Source: Thermoanaerobaculia bacterium (GTDB taxonomy: Bacteria > Acidobacteriota > Thermoanaerobaculia > Gp7-AA8). Taken from it: a stretch of 43,350 nt of DNA. Below are positions 26,553-34,538 of this stretch, piece after piece (positions within the stretch are counted from its first letter, which is position 1; each line of letters starts with the position of its first letter). The stretch covers positions 1 to 43,350 of the forward strand of contig JBQCJC010000419.1 in NCBI GenBank assembly GCA_051953135.1, written 5' to 3'. The translations under genes and the position numbers were made by a program. A model generated the notes under the pieces. That model was not told where the DNA came from. It saw only the letters and a program-made list of their open reading frames with translations, and did not search any database.

Positions 26553-28327
26553 TGAGACCGCGCGCACTAGCGTTCGTCGTCCTCGGCTTTTTCGCTGCGA
26601 CCGCATCCGCGCAGCAGCTCACGCCGGGCATACCACTCGCCGTACGTATCCTGTACGACAACTCCGGAAGCATGTACCCGGGGTATCGGCCTCCAGGCAC
26701 GCCTGATCGCATGAGTCGACAGGAACTGGGTGCACGCTATTTTCATCAAACGCCACAATTCGCCGAATGGCTCAATGACTTTGTTCAACGCCAGACAATC
26801 GTCGATGGCGGAACGGTCGGTATGTGGACCTTCACGTCCTACGGATCCTTTTCTCCGTCCGACATTCAGGAAGTTCATCCGCCACGACCGATTGCAGAGT
26901 TCAATGTTCAGCGCGCGATTGCAGCATTTCCTCCTGAAACGGGTGATCGCACGTACCTGCGCGAAACGATCGGGGAGTTCACACGCGATTTCACGGGTCT
27001 GGTCTGGCTAATCACAGACAACATTGTCGAGAGCAATGCCGGTGAACCTGATGCCGGCGTACAGAACTTCTTTGAGTCACTCGCAAGCGGTCGGAATCTC
27101 CGCTCCGTTCATCTTTTCAAATACACATTCAATGATGGCGGGCTCTCCGCGGCAATCGCCGTATACGGGATTCTCGTCTCGAACAAGGACGTTCCGTCTA
27201 ACACGCTCGGCTTTTACGACGGCAAGTTCCGCCGGCTTGCGGATGCGAAACGAGTCCGTGGAACAGGCGATTTGTTTCCGGGTCACGAGTATCTCAAGCT
27301 GAAGGACCTGCATGTCGATCCGCTTCGTCCCGAGCTCCGCCTCGTGCTCGCCGAGGGCGACAATGGATCATTTCGGGAAGGACAAAGTGTAAAGCTCGAC
27401 GTTCAGGGCGCCATTCGCAGCTACCTGACACAGCACACAGTCACGGGCGGGCGATACGAGCTCGCGATTGCTTCGCCGTTTCAACCAGAAGACTGGGCGG
27501 CCAGGAACCTGGGCGCACAATCGCTGCAAGCCGGCCAATTTGATCCCGCGTCGGCCGACCTCGAGGACGAAATTCCTCCCAACGGCTCACGCTCCATCAA
27601 CGCGACGTTGCAATCACGCCAGCCGGTCTCGTTCTCGGTAAGTGGTCTTACACAATGGTTGCGACTCGCCTGGAATGGCGCGACGGTTCGATACAACGGC
27701 ACAGTGCGAATGTCGTTTACCGGAGTCACTGTGCGGCTCGAACAACGCCGCATGGCCGGCATCTTCGGAATCGACCACGCGACCTCGGCCTTCGAATTTC
27801 AGAACGTCAGCACTCTTCCGACGGTCACGCCGAGCGTGGTCCCAGTGAGCTTCGTATTGCGCACGGGACCGTCCAGGACCGCGATTCTCGTTTTGGTCCT
27901 CGCGATTCTCTGCGCACTCCTTACGTCGCTTGCGTTCGTCTTGTCCCGCAAGCGCATCTTTCGGATCGCTCTGTCCCGAGAACCGGAACGAGTGGTCGCG
28001 CTCGGCCCACTTCGCACTCATGACATCTTGCTCGATGGGCAGTGTATTGGCCGTCTATCGCGAGGAGTTTTCCGTGCCTACACGTTCAATCCGTCATCGG
28101 CTAACGATTGCACAATCAGTGCGACGCCGGAGCTCGACGTATGGGACGTAAAACTCGGCGATGGCACATTGCGCCGATTGTCGATCAAGGCAGAAGGCGG
28201 AGGACGCTCCAGCACTGTCAATCCGGGAGCGGCCAATCCTCGGGCCGCACCCGCGCCTCCTCCCCCATCGCCTAGAAACATCCCGCCTCCACTACCCGGC
28301 CGCTCGCCGCGGATCGGCAAACCCTGA
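26552..28327 (+). CDS. Secreted vWA-domain protein with TM anchor and cytoplasmic tail ending in a polyproline segment
   Basis: ORF 26432..28327, trimmed to ATG 26552 (TAATG overlap). Signal peptide MRPRALAFVVLGFFAATASA. MIDAS DNSGS (nt 26657..26671) within RILYDNSGSM, then VWLITDN. TM TAILVLVLAILCALLTSLAFVL followed by SRKR. Tail ends AAPAPPPPSPRNIPPPLPGRSPRIGKP. Confidence 0.75.
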   Translation: MRPRALAFVVLGFFAATASAQQLTPGIPLAVRILYDNSGSMYPGYRPPGTPDRMSRQELGARYFHQTPQFAEWLNDFVQRQTIVDGGTVGMWTFTSYGSFSPSDIQEVHPPRPIAEFNVQRAIAAFPPETGDRTYLRETIGEFTRDFTGLVWLITDNIVESNAGEPDAGVQNFFESLASGRNLRSVHLFKYTFNDGGLSAAIAVYGILVSNKDVPSNTLGFYDGKFRRLADAKRVRGTGDLFPGHEYLKLKDLHVDPLRPELRLVLAEGDNGSFREGQSVKLDVQGAIRSYLTQHTVTGGRYELAIASPFQPEDWAARNLGAQSLQAGQFDPASADLEDEIPPNGSRSINATLQSRQPVSFSVSGLTQWLRLAWNGATVRYNGTVRMSFTGVTVRLEQRRMAGIFGIDHATSAFEFQNVSTLPTVTPSVVPVSFVLRTGPSRTAILVLVLAILCALLTSLAFVLSRKRIFRIALSREPERVVALGPLRTHDILLDGQCIGRLSRGVFRAYTFNPSSANDCTISATPELDVWDVKLGDGTLRRLSIKAEGGGRSSTVNPGAANPRAAPAPPPPSPRNIPPPLPGRSPRIGKP

Positions 28328-28349
28328 ATTACACGGAAAGGAGCTCTCC

Positions 28350-28730
28350 ATGAACGGTCGTATCGCGGTCGGATTGTCTTCGCTCATATCGGCACTGCCC
28401 GCCATCGCTGCAGATCCGGCACCCGCACTCGAACAATCGGACAACATCGTGCTGCGCGGCGCCGGGATTTTTCTGGTGCTCGTAATGATCTGGTTCGTTC
28501 TCTACAAAGTCCTGTATCCCTTTCTGCTGCGGTATTACCGCGATGGGTTTTGTAAAACTGTCTTCTGGAATCTCTTTTCGCTTTATGCCCTCACCTGGAT
28601 TTTCGTGTCGTTGTACGTGGTGCTGGATTTCGGCTTCTACTGGGGATGGCTGCCATGGCTGGCCGCATTCCTCGGCGCATGGTGGTTGATTTCCGGCGTC
28701 GTGCTGTTGCTGCGGCGCGTGCCCGCCTAA
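28350..28730 (+). CDS. Small aromatic-rich integral membrane protein
   Basis: ORF 28161..28730, trimmed to ATG 28350 (GGAAAGGAG upstream). 126 aa. Signal-like MNGRIAVGLSSLISALPAIAA plus three hydrophobic segments (IFLVLVMIWFVLY, LFSLYALTWIFVSLYVVL, LPWLAAFLGAWWLISGVVLLL). Confidence 0.65.
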   Translation: MNGRIAVGLSSLISALPAIAADPAPALEQSDNIVLRGAGIFLVLVMIWFVLYKVLYPFLLRYYRDGFCKTVFWNLFSLYALTWIFVSLYVVLDFGFYWGWLPWLAAFLGAWWLISGVVLLLRRVPA

Positions 28731-28755
28731 TCACAACGATGGTCAGGGAGAACCG

Positions 28756-31700
28756 ATGAACCTCGATCCCATTCTGCAGGCCAGTCTTCCACGCGTACTC
28801 GTGAACGACATGCCCGTCGGGCCAACGCTTCTCATTGGACTCGGCGGTACCGGCAAGGAAATTCTGTTGCGCCTGAGACGCATGATCGTCGAGCGCTACG
28901 GCGCACTCAACCGGCTTCCGTTTCTGAGATTCATGCATCTCGACACGGACAAGAATCAAACCGCGGCCGAGCAATACGATCTTCGCAGCGCGGATGACCC
29001 ACTGTATCGAGACGTGCAGTTCACCGTCGCCGAACGCCTGGATCTCACGATCACTGGTGGTACCGGACGCTATGTGCAGCATCTGAATAACTACCCGAAC
29101 GTGAAGCGATGGTTTCCGGCGAACGGGAAAATCGCCGAGCTCGGCGATCTCCACGAGGGCGCCGGCCAGGTACGAATCGCCAGCCGCCTGGGATTTTTCG
29201 ATGCGTCGAATCACCAGAAAATCACCGCGCGCCTCGAGCAGTGCCGCCGCGAATTGAGCGACGCGGCGATTCTTCAACAACGCGGATTCACGTTCAGCGC
29301 GGAACGCACTCGCGTCGTGATCGCGTCATCACTGGCTGGCGGCACGGGTAGCGGCACGTTCCTCGATATGGGATTCCTTGTCAGTCGCTATTTTCCCGAG
29401 GCCGAGCGCGTTGGGATTCTGTTGCTGCCGGCGTTTTTTACGGGATATCCCGGCGGAGAACGCGTGCGCGCCAACGGCTATGCGGCCCTCATGGAGCTCA
29501 ACCACTACACCTTCGGACATTCGTTCCACGCGGATTGGACAACACACGACAGCGCAGTGCTTCCTCCGCCACCGTTCAGCAGTACGTATCTGATCGACGG
29601 CCGCAATGAGGCGGGCCTGGCGATCAACTCCGGCGGCGGTAAGGAATATGACGCGTATCGAATGGTCGCCGAGTTTCTGTATCAGGACTACTCGATTGGT
29701 GCGTTCGCCGGAATGAAGCGCGCCACGCGAGTCAATCTCGAGCAATTCAATCTCAACGTCTATACCCACAATTTTCTCAATCAGGCATTGCGCAGTACCG
29801 AGGTGCACCAGAAGGCGATCGTCGGAGATTCCTATCCGTGCCGCTTCGGATCGTTTGGGCTGGCCACGCTGTCATTCCCAACAGAACGCGTACAGAACGC
29901 ATGTGCCTGCAAACTCGCGACGAAGATCCTCGATTACTGGCAAAAGAGCGCGCTCGATGATCCGCTCGAGCACCTCTTCATGAAAGTGCTCGCGGACGAA
30001 ACTGTTCAGTGCGCACAAGGACAATACGAGCGTCGTGACGGCGGCGGCATCATCGATCGCACGGATATCGAAGATGCCTTGATGATTCATGACGCTGGCA
30101 GCAGCAGGACATTCGATAGTTACCTGTGGCAGAAGGCACAGGCGCTTCGCGTCGAATTGCAGGCAACGCCCAATGGGGAGAAAGCGGCGTGCCTCCGCAC
30201 CCGACGTGCGGAGCTCGATCAGTATCTCGCCAAAGAGGATTCTGAGAATCCGGAGGAGTGGGGCCTCGGGATTCGCGTGCTCGACTCCAACATGCGCACG
30301 TATATCGAACGCGTGAAGGAGGCGATCGAAGTCAAGGCCGCGGAGCTGGCGGACAACCCACAGTACGGCGTCACCTATACGCTATCGCTTCTTCGTGAGC
30401 TGAAGGCGCTGCTGCGAAATGAAAACTTCCGCTATTTACCGTATTTCGACGCGCAAATCCCTCAGTGGCGCGATCGTGTCCAGTATTACTCGCATGCGCT
30501 CGACCAGATCCAACTCGACGTGGGCCGGCACGAGGCGCAATTTCTTTTCCGTTCTGCCGACCTCCATTGGGACTACGAAAAACTCGTGGGCGACGATGGC
30601 GATGAGGATCGCGGCGTTTTCTTCAATCACTTCTCCGCTCGTGTCGGAAAGCAGGTCGCGAAGCGCGGTCGCCAGATCTGCGAGGAATTAGACCGCTTCC
30701 TCGGCGCGGATCATAGCGGCGCCGACGGATTGCTGGGCCGCTACTACGAACTGCTCGTCGGATTTGCGCGCGTCAAAGAGCATCTGCAAAAGAAAGAATC
30801 GTATTTCGCACGGCCTGAGAAGTCGGAGCTCGTCGTCACATTGTTCCGCGACGGCGACGTTGAGGATTGGTATCGCACCTGGATCGGAGATAGCGTCCGC
30901 GAAGAGCAGACGCTCAATGCCGTCGGCAGCACCATTCTCGCGGATGTTTTTCAGGTACCAGGCGTCACGGCTGCATTCGAAAAAATTCAGCGCACTCCGC
31001 CCGAAACGGTCGAGGAAATGATCCTCACCAAATGTCGCGATTACATCATCGGACAGAAAAAGCAGCCCGAAGCTCTAACGATGCTCTTCGACGCCAATCG
31101 CATGAGCGAACGAGAGCGAATCGATAAGATCCGTCAGGTCTATCGATTGTCGAAGGTGTGGCTGGCCCCGGCGGAACAAGGCATTGAGCACACTGGTCTG
31201 CCCCCGGTGAAAACGCAGCAGAGGCCATTCCTGATTGGCTTCGACGACGCCACGAATCCGCAGCGCGTCGCGCAATTCAAGGAGCTGATCCAGAACGCGC
31301 AATCCCCCGGCGATACGCAGCCGAGTTTCCAGAACATCGGCGAACAGCACCGCGGCACGATCGTTTTCTACCACGAGCTGGCAGGTGTGCCCGCGTTCTA
31401 TCCAAGCTCCGTGACCGCGCCTCTGGGGATGCGCGCCGCATACAACGCGTTTCCCGAAAAGGAGGAACTGCATACTGACAAGAATCGCTTCCAGTTTGCG
31501 GATCTCATTCCGAAACAAACGGCCGAAGCGCGTCAGTACGCGGAATCATTGCAGGCGTTCGTCCTTTCCCGCGTTCTCGGGCTGCTGAACGTGCATGCGC
31601 TGCCGTCTGAAAGCGATCAACTCGCATACCGCTTCTCTTATCCACATGAGGACAGGCTGATCGTCACGGACGTGAATCTCGGCGGAGAAGCCCACGCCGT

Positions 31701-32676
31701 CGATTTTCTCTATCGCGACAGACGGAGCGATCACGAAACGCATCGACGCTATCTGATCAAGAAGGTCGAAAAAACCATTCAGCTTTTGCGCGAACAGAAA
31801 AAGCTGGCGGTTTACCGGCTCCTGCTCGAGTTCTACATCAAAAAGGTCTACCCCCCGCGAATTCTCTCCGCGAGCGGGATTCCCGACCTGACGATGATTC
31901 AGTATTCACCGGAATATGCGGTTCTGGACGAAGCGCGAACGCGCCTGACACAGATCATTGGGGACATCGCCGAACAGGAGAAATTCCGCGCACAGTTCCG
32001 GACGATGTTCAATTACGAAGTCGATCACGAGTTCACCTATCACGAGTTTGCCGTCGCATTGCAGCCGTATTGCAAAGTCGCCGGAAAGTATGCGGACCAG
32101 AAAGAAGACTCCGTCGTGCATGAAAGCACCGATTGGCGCGACATCTTCGCTCTCGATCCGGCGAAGCTCGATAAGAGCGCACAGAAAGATGTTCCCGCCG
32201 TTCGCTCCGCGGCTCCGTTTGGAGAGCGCCCCTGCCCGCGCTGTTCCAGACCGGTCGATCAACGAGCCATTTACTGTACGAGCTGTCGCAACACGTTCGC
32301 CGCGCATATCCCGTGTCCGCATTGTCAGGAAAAACGTGTTCCTGACGATTTGACGCTCTGTTGGAAATGCGGCGAGCCGATGCGCGAAGGCAGCGCGGTC
32401 GAATGCGCACAGTGCTTCACCTTCAGTGGGTTTGACGACGAATTCCCCTGCCCCAATTGTGGCTATGACCCGAAGTCAGGACCGCCCCAGCCAGTCTTCG
32501 GCTCCCCGATTCTGCCGGTAAAAGAGCGGCCTGCACCCGCGGAGCCTGTGAGCACGACGGCGAGCACGGCCGCGTCTGTCGCGTCGGCGGTACTCGTTCA
32601 ATGCGCGATTTGCGAATCCCATGTCCCGCCGGATGCCCATTGCTCGATTTGTGGTCATGACCTGGAGGCGAGGTGA
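28756..32676 (+). CDS. Giant tubulin/FtsZ-superfamily GTPase (bacterial 'tubulin-like' family) with four C-terminal Zn ribbons
   Basis: 1306 aa, AGGGAG 5 nt upstream. N-terminal Gly-rich loop LLIGLGGTGKE (nt 28837..28860). Tubulin signature GGTGSG (nt 29338..29355) within VVIASSLAGGTGSGTFLDMG. Large helical middle region. Cys-rich C-terminus (see the next feature). Confidence 0.82.
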   Translation: MNLDPILQASLPRVLVNDMPVGPTLLIGLGGTGKEILLRLRRMIVERYGALNRLPFLRFMHLDTDKNQTAAEQYDLRSADDPLYRDVQFTVAERLDLTITGGTGRYVQHLNNYPNVKRWFPANGKIAELGDLHEGAGQVRIASRLGFFDASNHQKITARLEQCRRELSDAAILQQRGFTFSAERTRVVIASSLAGGTGSGTFLDMGFLVSRYFPEAERVGILLLPAFFTGYPGGERVRANGYAALMELNHYTFGHSFHADWTTHDSAVLPPPPFSSTYLIDGRNEAGLAINSGGGKEYDAYRMVAEFLYQDYSIGAFAGMKRATRVNLEQFNLNVYTHNFLNQALRSTEVHQKAIVGDSYPCRFGSFGLATLSFPTERVQNACACKLATKILDYWQKSALDDPLEHLFMKVLADETVQCAQGQYERRDGGGIIDRTDIEDALMIHDAGSSRTFDSYLWQKAQALRVELQATPNGEKAACLRTRRAELDQYLAKEDSENPEEWGLGIRVLDSNMRTYIERVKEAIEVKAAELADNPQYGVTYTLSLLRELKALLRNENFRYLPYFDAQIPQWRDRVQYYSHALDQIQLDVGRHEAQFLFRSADLHWDYEKLVGDDGDEDRGVFFNHFSARVGKQVAKRGRQICEELDRFLGADHSGADGLLGRYYELLVGFARVKEHLQKKESYFARPEKSELVVTLFRDGDVEDWYRTWIGDSVREEQTLNAVGSTILADVFQVPGVTAAFEKIQRTPPETVEEMILTKCRDYIIGQKKQPEALTMLFDANRMSERERIDKIRQVYRLSKVWLAPAEQGIEHTGLPPVKTQQRPFLIGFDDATNPQRVAQFKELIQNAQSPGDTQPSFQNIGEQHRGTIVFYHELAGVPAFYPSSVTAPLGMRAAYNAFPEKEELHTDKNRFQFADLIPKQTAEARQYAESLQAFVLSRVLGLLNVHALPSESDQLAYRFSYPHEDRLIVTDVNLGGEAHAVDFLYRDRRSDHETHRRYLIKKVEKTIQLLREQKKLAVYRLLLEFYIKKVYPPRILSASGIPDLTMIQYSPEYAVLDEARTRLTQIIGDIAEQEKFRAQFRTMFNYEVDHEFTYHEFAVALQPYCKVAGKYADQKEDSVVHESTDWRDIFALDPAKLDKSAQKDVPAVRSAAPFGERPCPRCSRPVDQRAIYCTSCRNTFAAHIPCPHCQEKRVPDDLTLCWKCGEPMREGSAVECAQCFTFSGFDDEFPCPNCGYDPKSGPPQPVFGSPILPVKERPAPAEPVSTTASTAASVASAVLVQCAICESHVPPDAHCSICGHDLEAR
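32233..32661 (+). other. Array of four CxxC...CxxC zinc-ribbon modules at the C-terminus of the tubulin-like protein
   Basis: CPRCSRPVDQRAIYCTSCRN; CPHCQEKRVPDDLTLCWKCGE; CAQCFTFSGFDDEFPCPNCGY; CAICESHVPPDAHCSICGH. A Pro-rich spacer separates modules 3 and 4. Confidence 0.8.
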
Positions 32677-33455
32677 TCATGTCGCGCCGAAAGCCTGCTC
32701 ATGGCGCATTCGTAATCGCATTGTTGTTCGTCGCCGGCCTCTCCGTGACGGCTTTCGCCTTCGTCGATCTGCAATGGACGCATGCGATTTTCGTTAAAGG
32801 CGCCGGATTCGGGCGCACCGCGGCGAAACCTTCGTCTGTAGACCCGAAAAAGGTACAGAACCTTCGACAAAGCATTCTGAACGTCCGCGCTCAATGCAGC
32901 GGCGGCGAGAACACCGGCACAGGCTTTATCGTGAAATCGGGTTTCGTGGCCACGGCTGCGCACGTGTTAGGCGATCGTCAGTCCTGCACTGGTCCGATTC
33001 GGCTCGTCGATTACAAGGGTCTCGAGCACGTCGCACAACTCGAAGGAATCTCCGAGACCGATGATCTTGCGTTATTGACGATCCCCGACTCCACTCTTCC
33101 TCCATTGAAACTCGCGGACGCTTCGCGCTACGAGTCGTCAACGGACGTCGTGCGACTGGTGACGATCGGCTATCCGCTCGTAGGAAGCGGCGCATCGGAG
33201 CGCGACAGTGCGTCCATGTCAGGCGAAGGAAACCTTTCGCGATTCATTCGCGATCGCAATGTCTTCGTCACGTCCGGATTGAACCTCAACCCGGGTAACA
33301 GCGGCGGTCCGATTTTCGTGCGTGACAACTGGACCGTGCTGGGGATTGCGCGAGCGAAATTGCCTACAGACGTTGGCGAAGGCATTGGCTTCGTTGCATC
33401 GATTCGCGCATTCGAGAGTTTCTTTCGAGAGAAAACTGGACAGGAGCTGCGATGA
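32673..33455 (+). CDS. Membrane-anchored trypsin-like (S1/Trypsin_2-type) serine protease
   Basis: 260 aa, GTG 32673 (GTGA overlap) or ATG 32679. TM/signal AFVIALLFVAGLSVTAFAFV. Catalytic contexts: GTGFIVKSGFVATAAHVL (His), DDLALLTI (Asp), GNSGGPIF (Ser at nt 33300..33302). Confidence 0.85.
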   Translation: MIMSRRKPAHGAFVIALLFVAGLSVTAFAFVDLQWTHAIFVKGAGFGRTAAKPSSVDPKKVQNLRQSILNVRAQCSGGENTGTGFIVKSGFVATAAHVLGDRQSCTGPIRLVDYKGLEHVAQLEGISETDDLALLTIPDSTLPPLKLADASRYESSTDVVRLVTIGYPLVGSGASERDSASMSGEGNLSRFIRDRNVFVTSGLNLNPGNSGGPIFVRDNWTVLGIARAKLPTDVGEGIGFVASIRAFESFFREKTGQELR

Positions 33456-34513
33456 GTACCGCTCGTAGTGACACAAAGGCGGCCACGCTTCTCGTTCTTC
33501 TGATTGCCATTGGGCTCGCGCTGCTCACAATCCCGTGGTTTCTCACGCCGCCGGCGTTTCTGGAGCTCGCACTACGTGATGCCGTATTTGGCGCGGATTT
33601 GAGCAAACAGGTCATTCAGATTACTGACGACGCGACTGGCAAGTCGCTCCAGGCAAGCGTGTCGAAATCCGGCAATTCATTCATTGCTCACATCGGAAGG
33701 ATCAACAGCGGCAAAGGTACGTACACGGCGCGATTGACTGGCTACAAACCAGGCGTCGCACGCATCACCGCGGGCGCACTGGAACGAGTGCGAGTCCCGA
33801 TCGAGCTACGACCGACATTCGGGCGCGTCGAACTGTCTACCGTCAATGCAACGCTCAATGACACGGCAATCGCCGCAACTGTGAAAACGGGGCCGCAGAC
33901 GCTCTCTCAGGATTCGCCGCGCGTGCTCGTCTTCGATTTACCGCCCGGTAAGCATCGATTTACTGCCGACGCGAATGGATTTTGTCCGTCGGAGCGTGAA
34001 TTCATCGTCGTCGAAGGGAAGGTGACGAAAGGCGTCTTCCCTCTGTCACCGGATCTGACGAACGAGGAGCTCGCACGCTTCGTCCTCGGCTGGAGAAACG
34101 AGCCCCGCGATCTCGATGCCCATTTCATGAAATCGAATGCGTTCGGGATCCCGAACCCCGGCCATCTGTTCTGGCGACAGAAAACAGCGTGGTTCGCAAA
34201 TGGCGATGTCTTCGCGCGGCTCGACGTGGACGAGCTTTACCCGGGTCGATATGAAACCGTCACCGTCCGGGCGAACGCAGTCGGAGACTTCCGCTACCTC
34301 GTGCATCGTTTCCAGGGATTCGGGACGATCAACGACGCGGAGCCGATCGTACAGGTCTACACGAAGGGCTGTCAGATGCGAACGTTCACTCCGCCCCCGG
34401 CGTGTGCGGACGATGTATGGATCGTTGCAAACCTTCAATACAGCCACGGCAATCTTCAACTGAACGAGATTCGCACCTGCGAGCCCGCAACCGGTCCGGG
34501 CGTAATCAAATGA
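33452..34513 (+). CDS. N-terminally anchored protein with PEGA/carboxypeptidase-regulatory-like beta-sandwiches and a YfaP/DUF2135-like C-terminal domain
   Basis: 353 aa, ATGA overlap. TM AATLLVLLIAIGLALLTIPWFL. TYTARLTGYKPGVARI and KHRFTADANGFCPSEREFIV are PEGA-like. C-terminus FVLGWRNEPRDLDAHF...ARLDVDELYPGRYETVTV resembles the L.W....DLDLH...D...G.GPE pattern of DUF2135. This assignment is tentative. Confidence 0.6.
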   Translation: MSTARSDTKAATLLVLLIAIGLALLTIPWFLTPPAFLELALRDAVFGADLSKQVIQITDDATGKSLQASVSKSGNSFIAHIGRINSGKGTYTARLTGYKPGVARITAGALERVRVPIELRPTFGRVELSTVNATLNDTAIAATVKTGPQTLSQDSPRVLVFDLPPGKHRFTADANGFCPSEREFIVVEGKVTKGVFPLSPDLTNEELARFVLGWRNEPRDLDAHFMKSNAFGIPNPGHLFWRQKTAWFANGDVFARLDVDELYPGRYETVTVRANAVGDFRYLVHRFQGFGTINDAEPIVQVYTKGCQMRTFTPPPACADDVWIVANLQYSHGNLQLNEIRTCEPATGPGVIK

Positions 34514-34538
34514 CGTCGGCGGGATATAGTCCCGCGCC

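Noticed and set aside
27950-28327. Possible FHA domain in the cytoplasmic tail of the second vWA protein (it would have paired nicely with the kinase)
   Set aside because: The tail lacks the conserved G-R ... S-x-x-H ... N-G FHA signature. Only generic beta-strand-like sequence and a polyproline end are visible.
14060-34513. Search for a J-domain (HPD motif in a helical ~70-aa context) or a MoxR/AAA+ Walker A partner in the big operon
   Set aside because: No HPD tripeptide in a plausible J-domain context and no GxxxxGK[ST] P-loop ORF was found by eye. The absence is reported within the findings rather than as a feature. Whole-genome searches are needed.
34514-34538. Hairpin GCGGGA-TATAG-TCCCGC after the last membrane-protein gene as an operon terminator
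   Set aside because: It has only a 6-bp stem and no downstream T-tract, which is too weak to call a terminator. It is mentioned only in the finding about the acidic protein.
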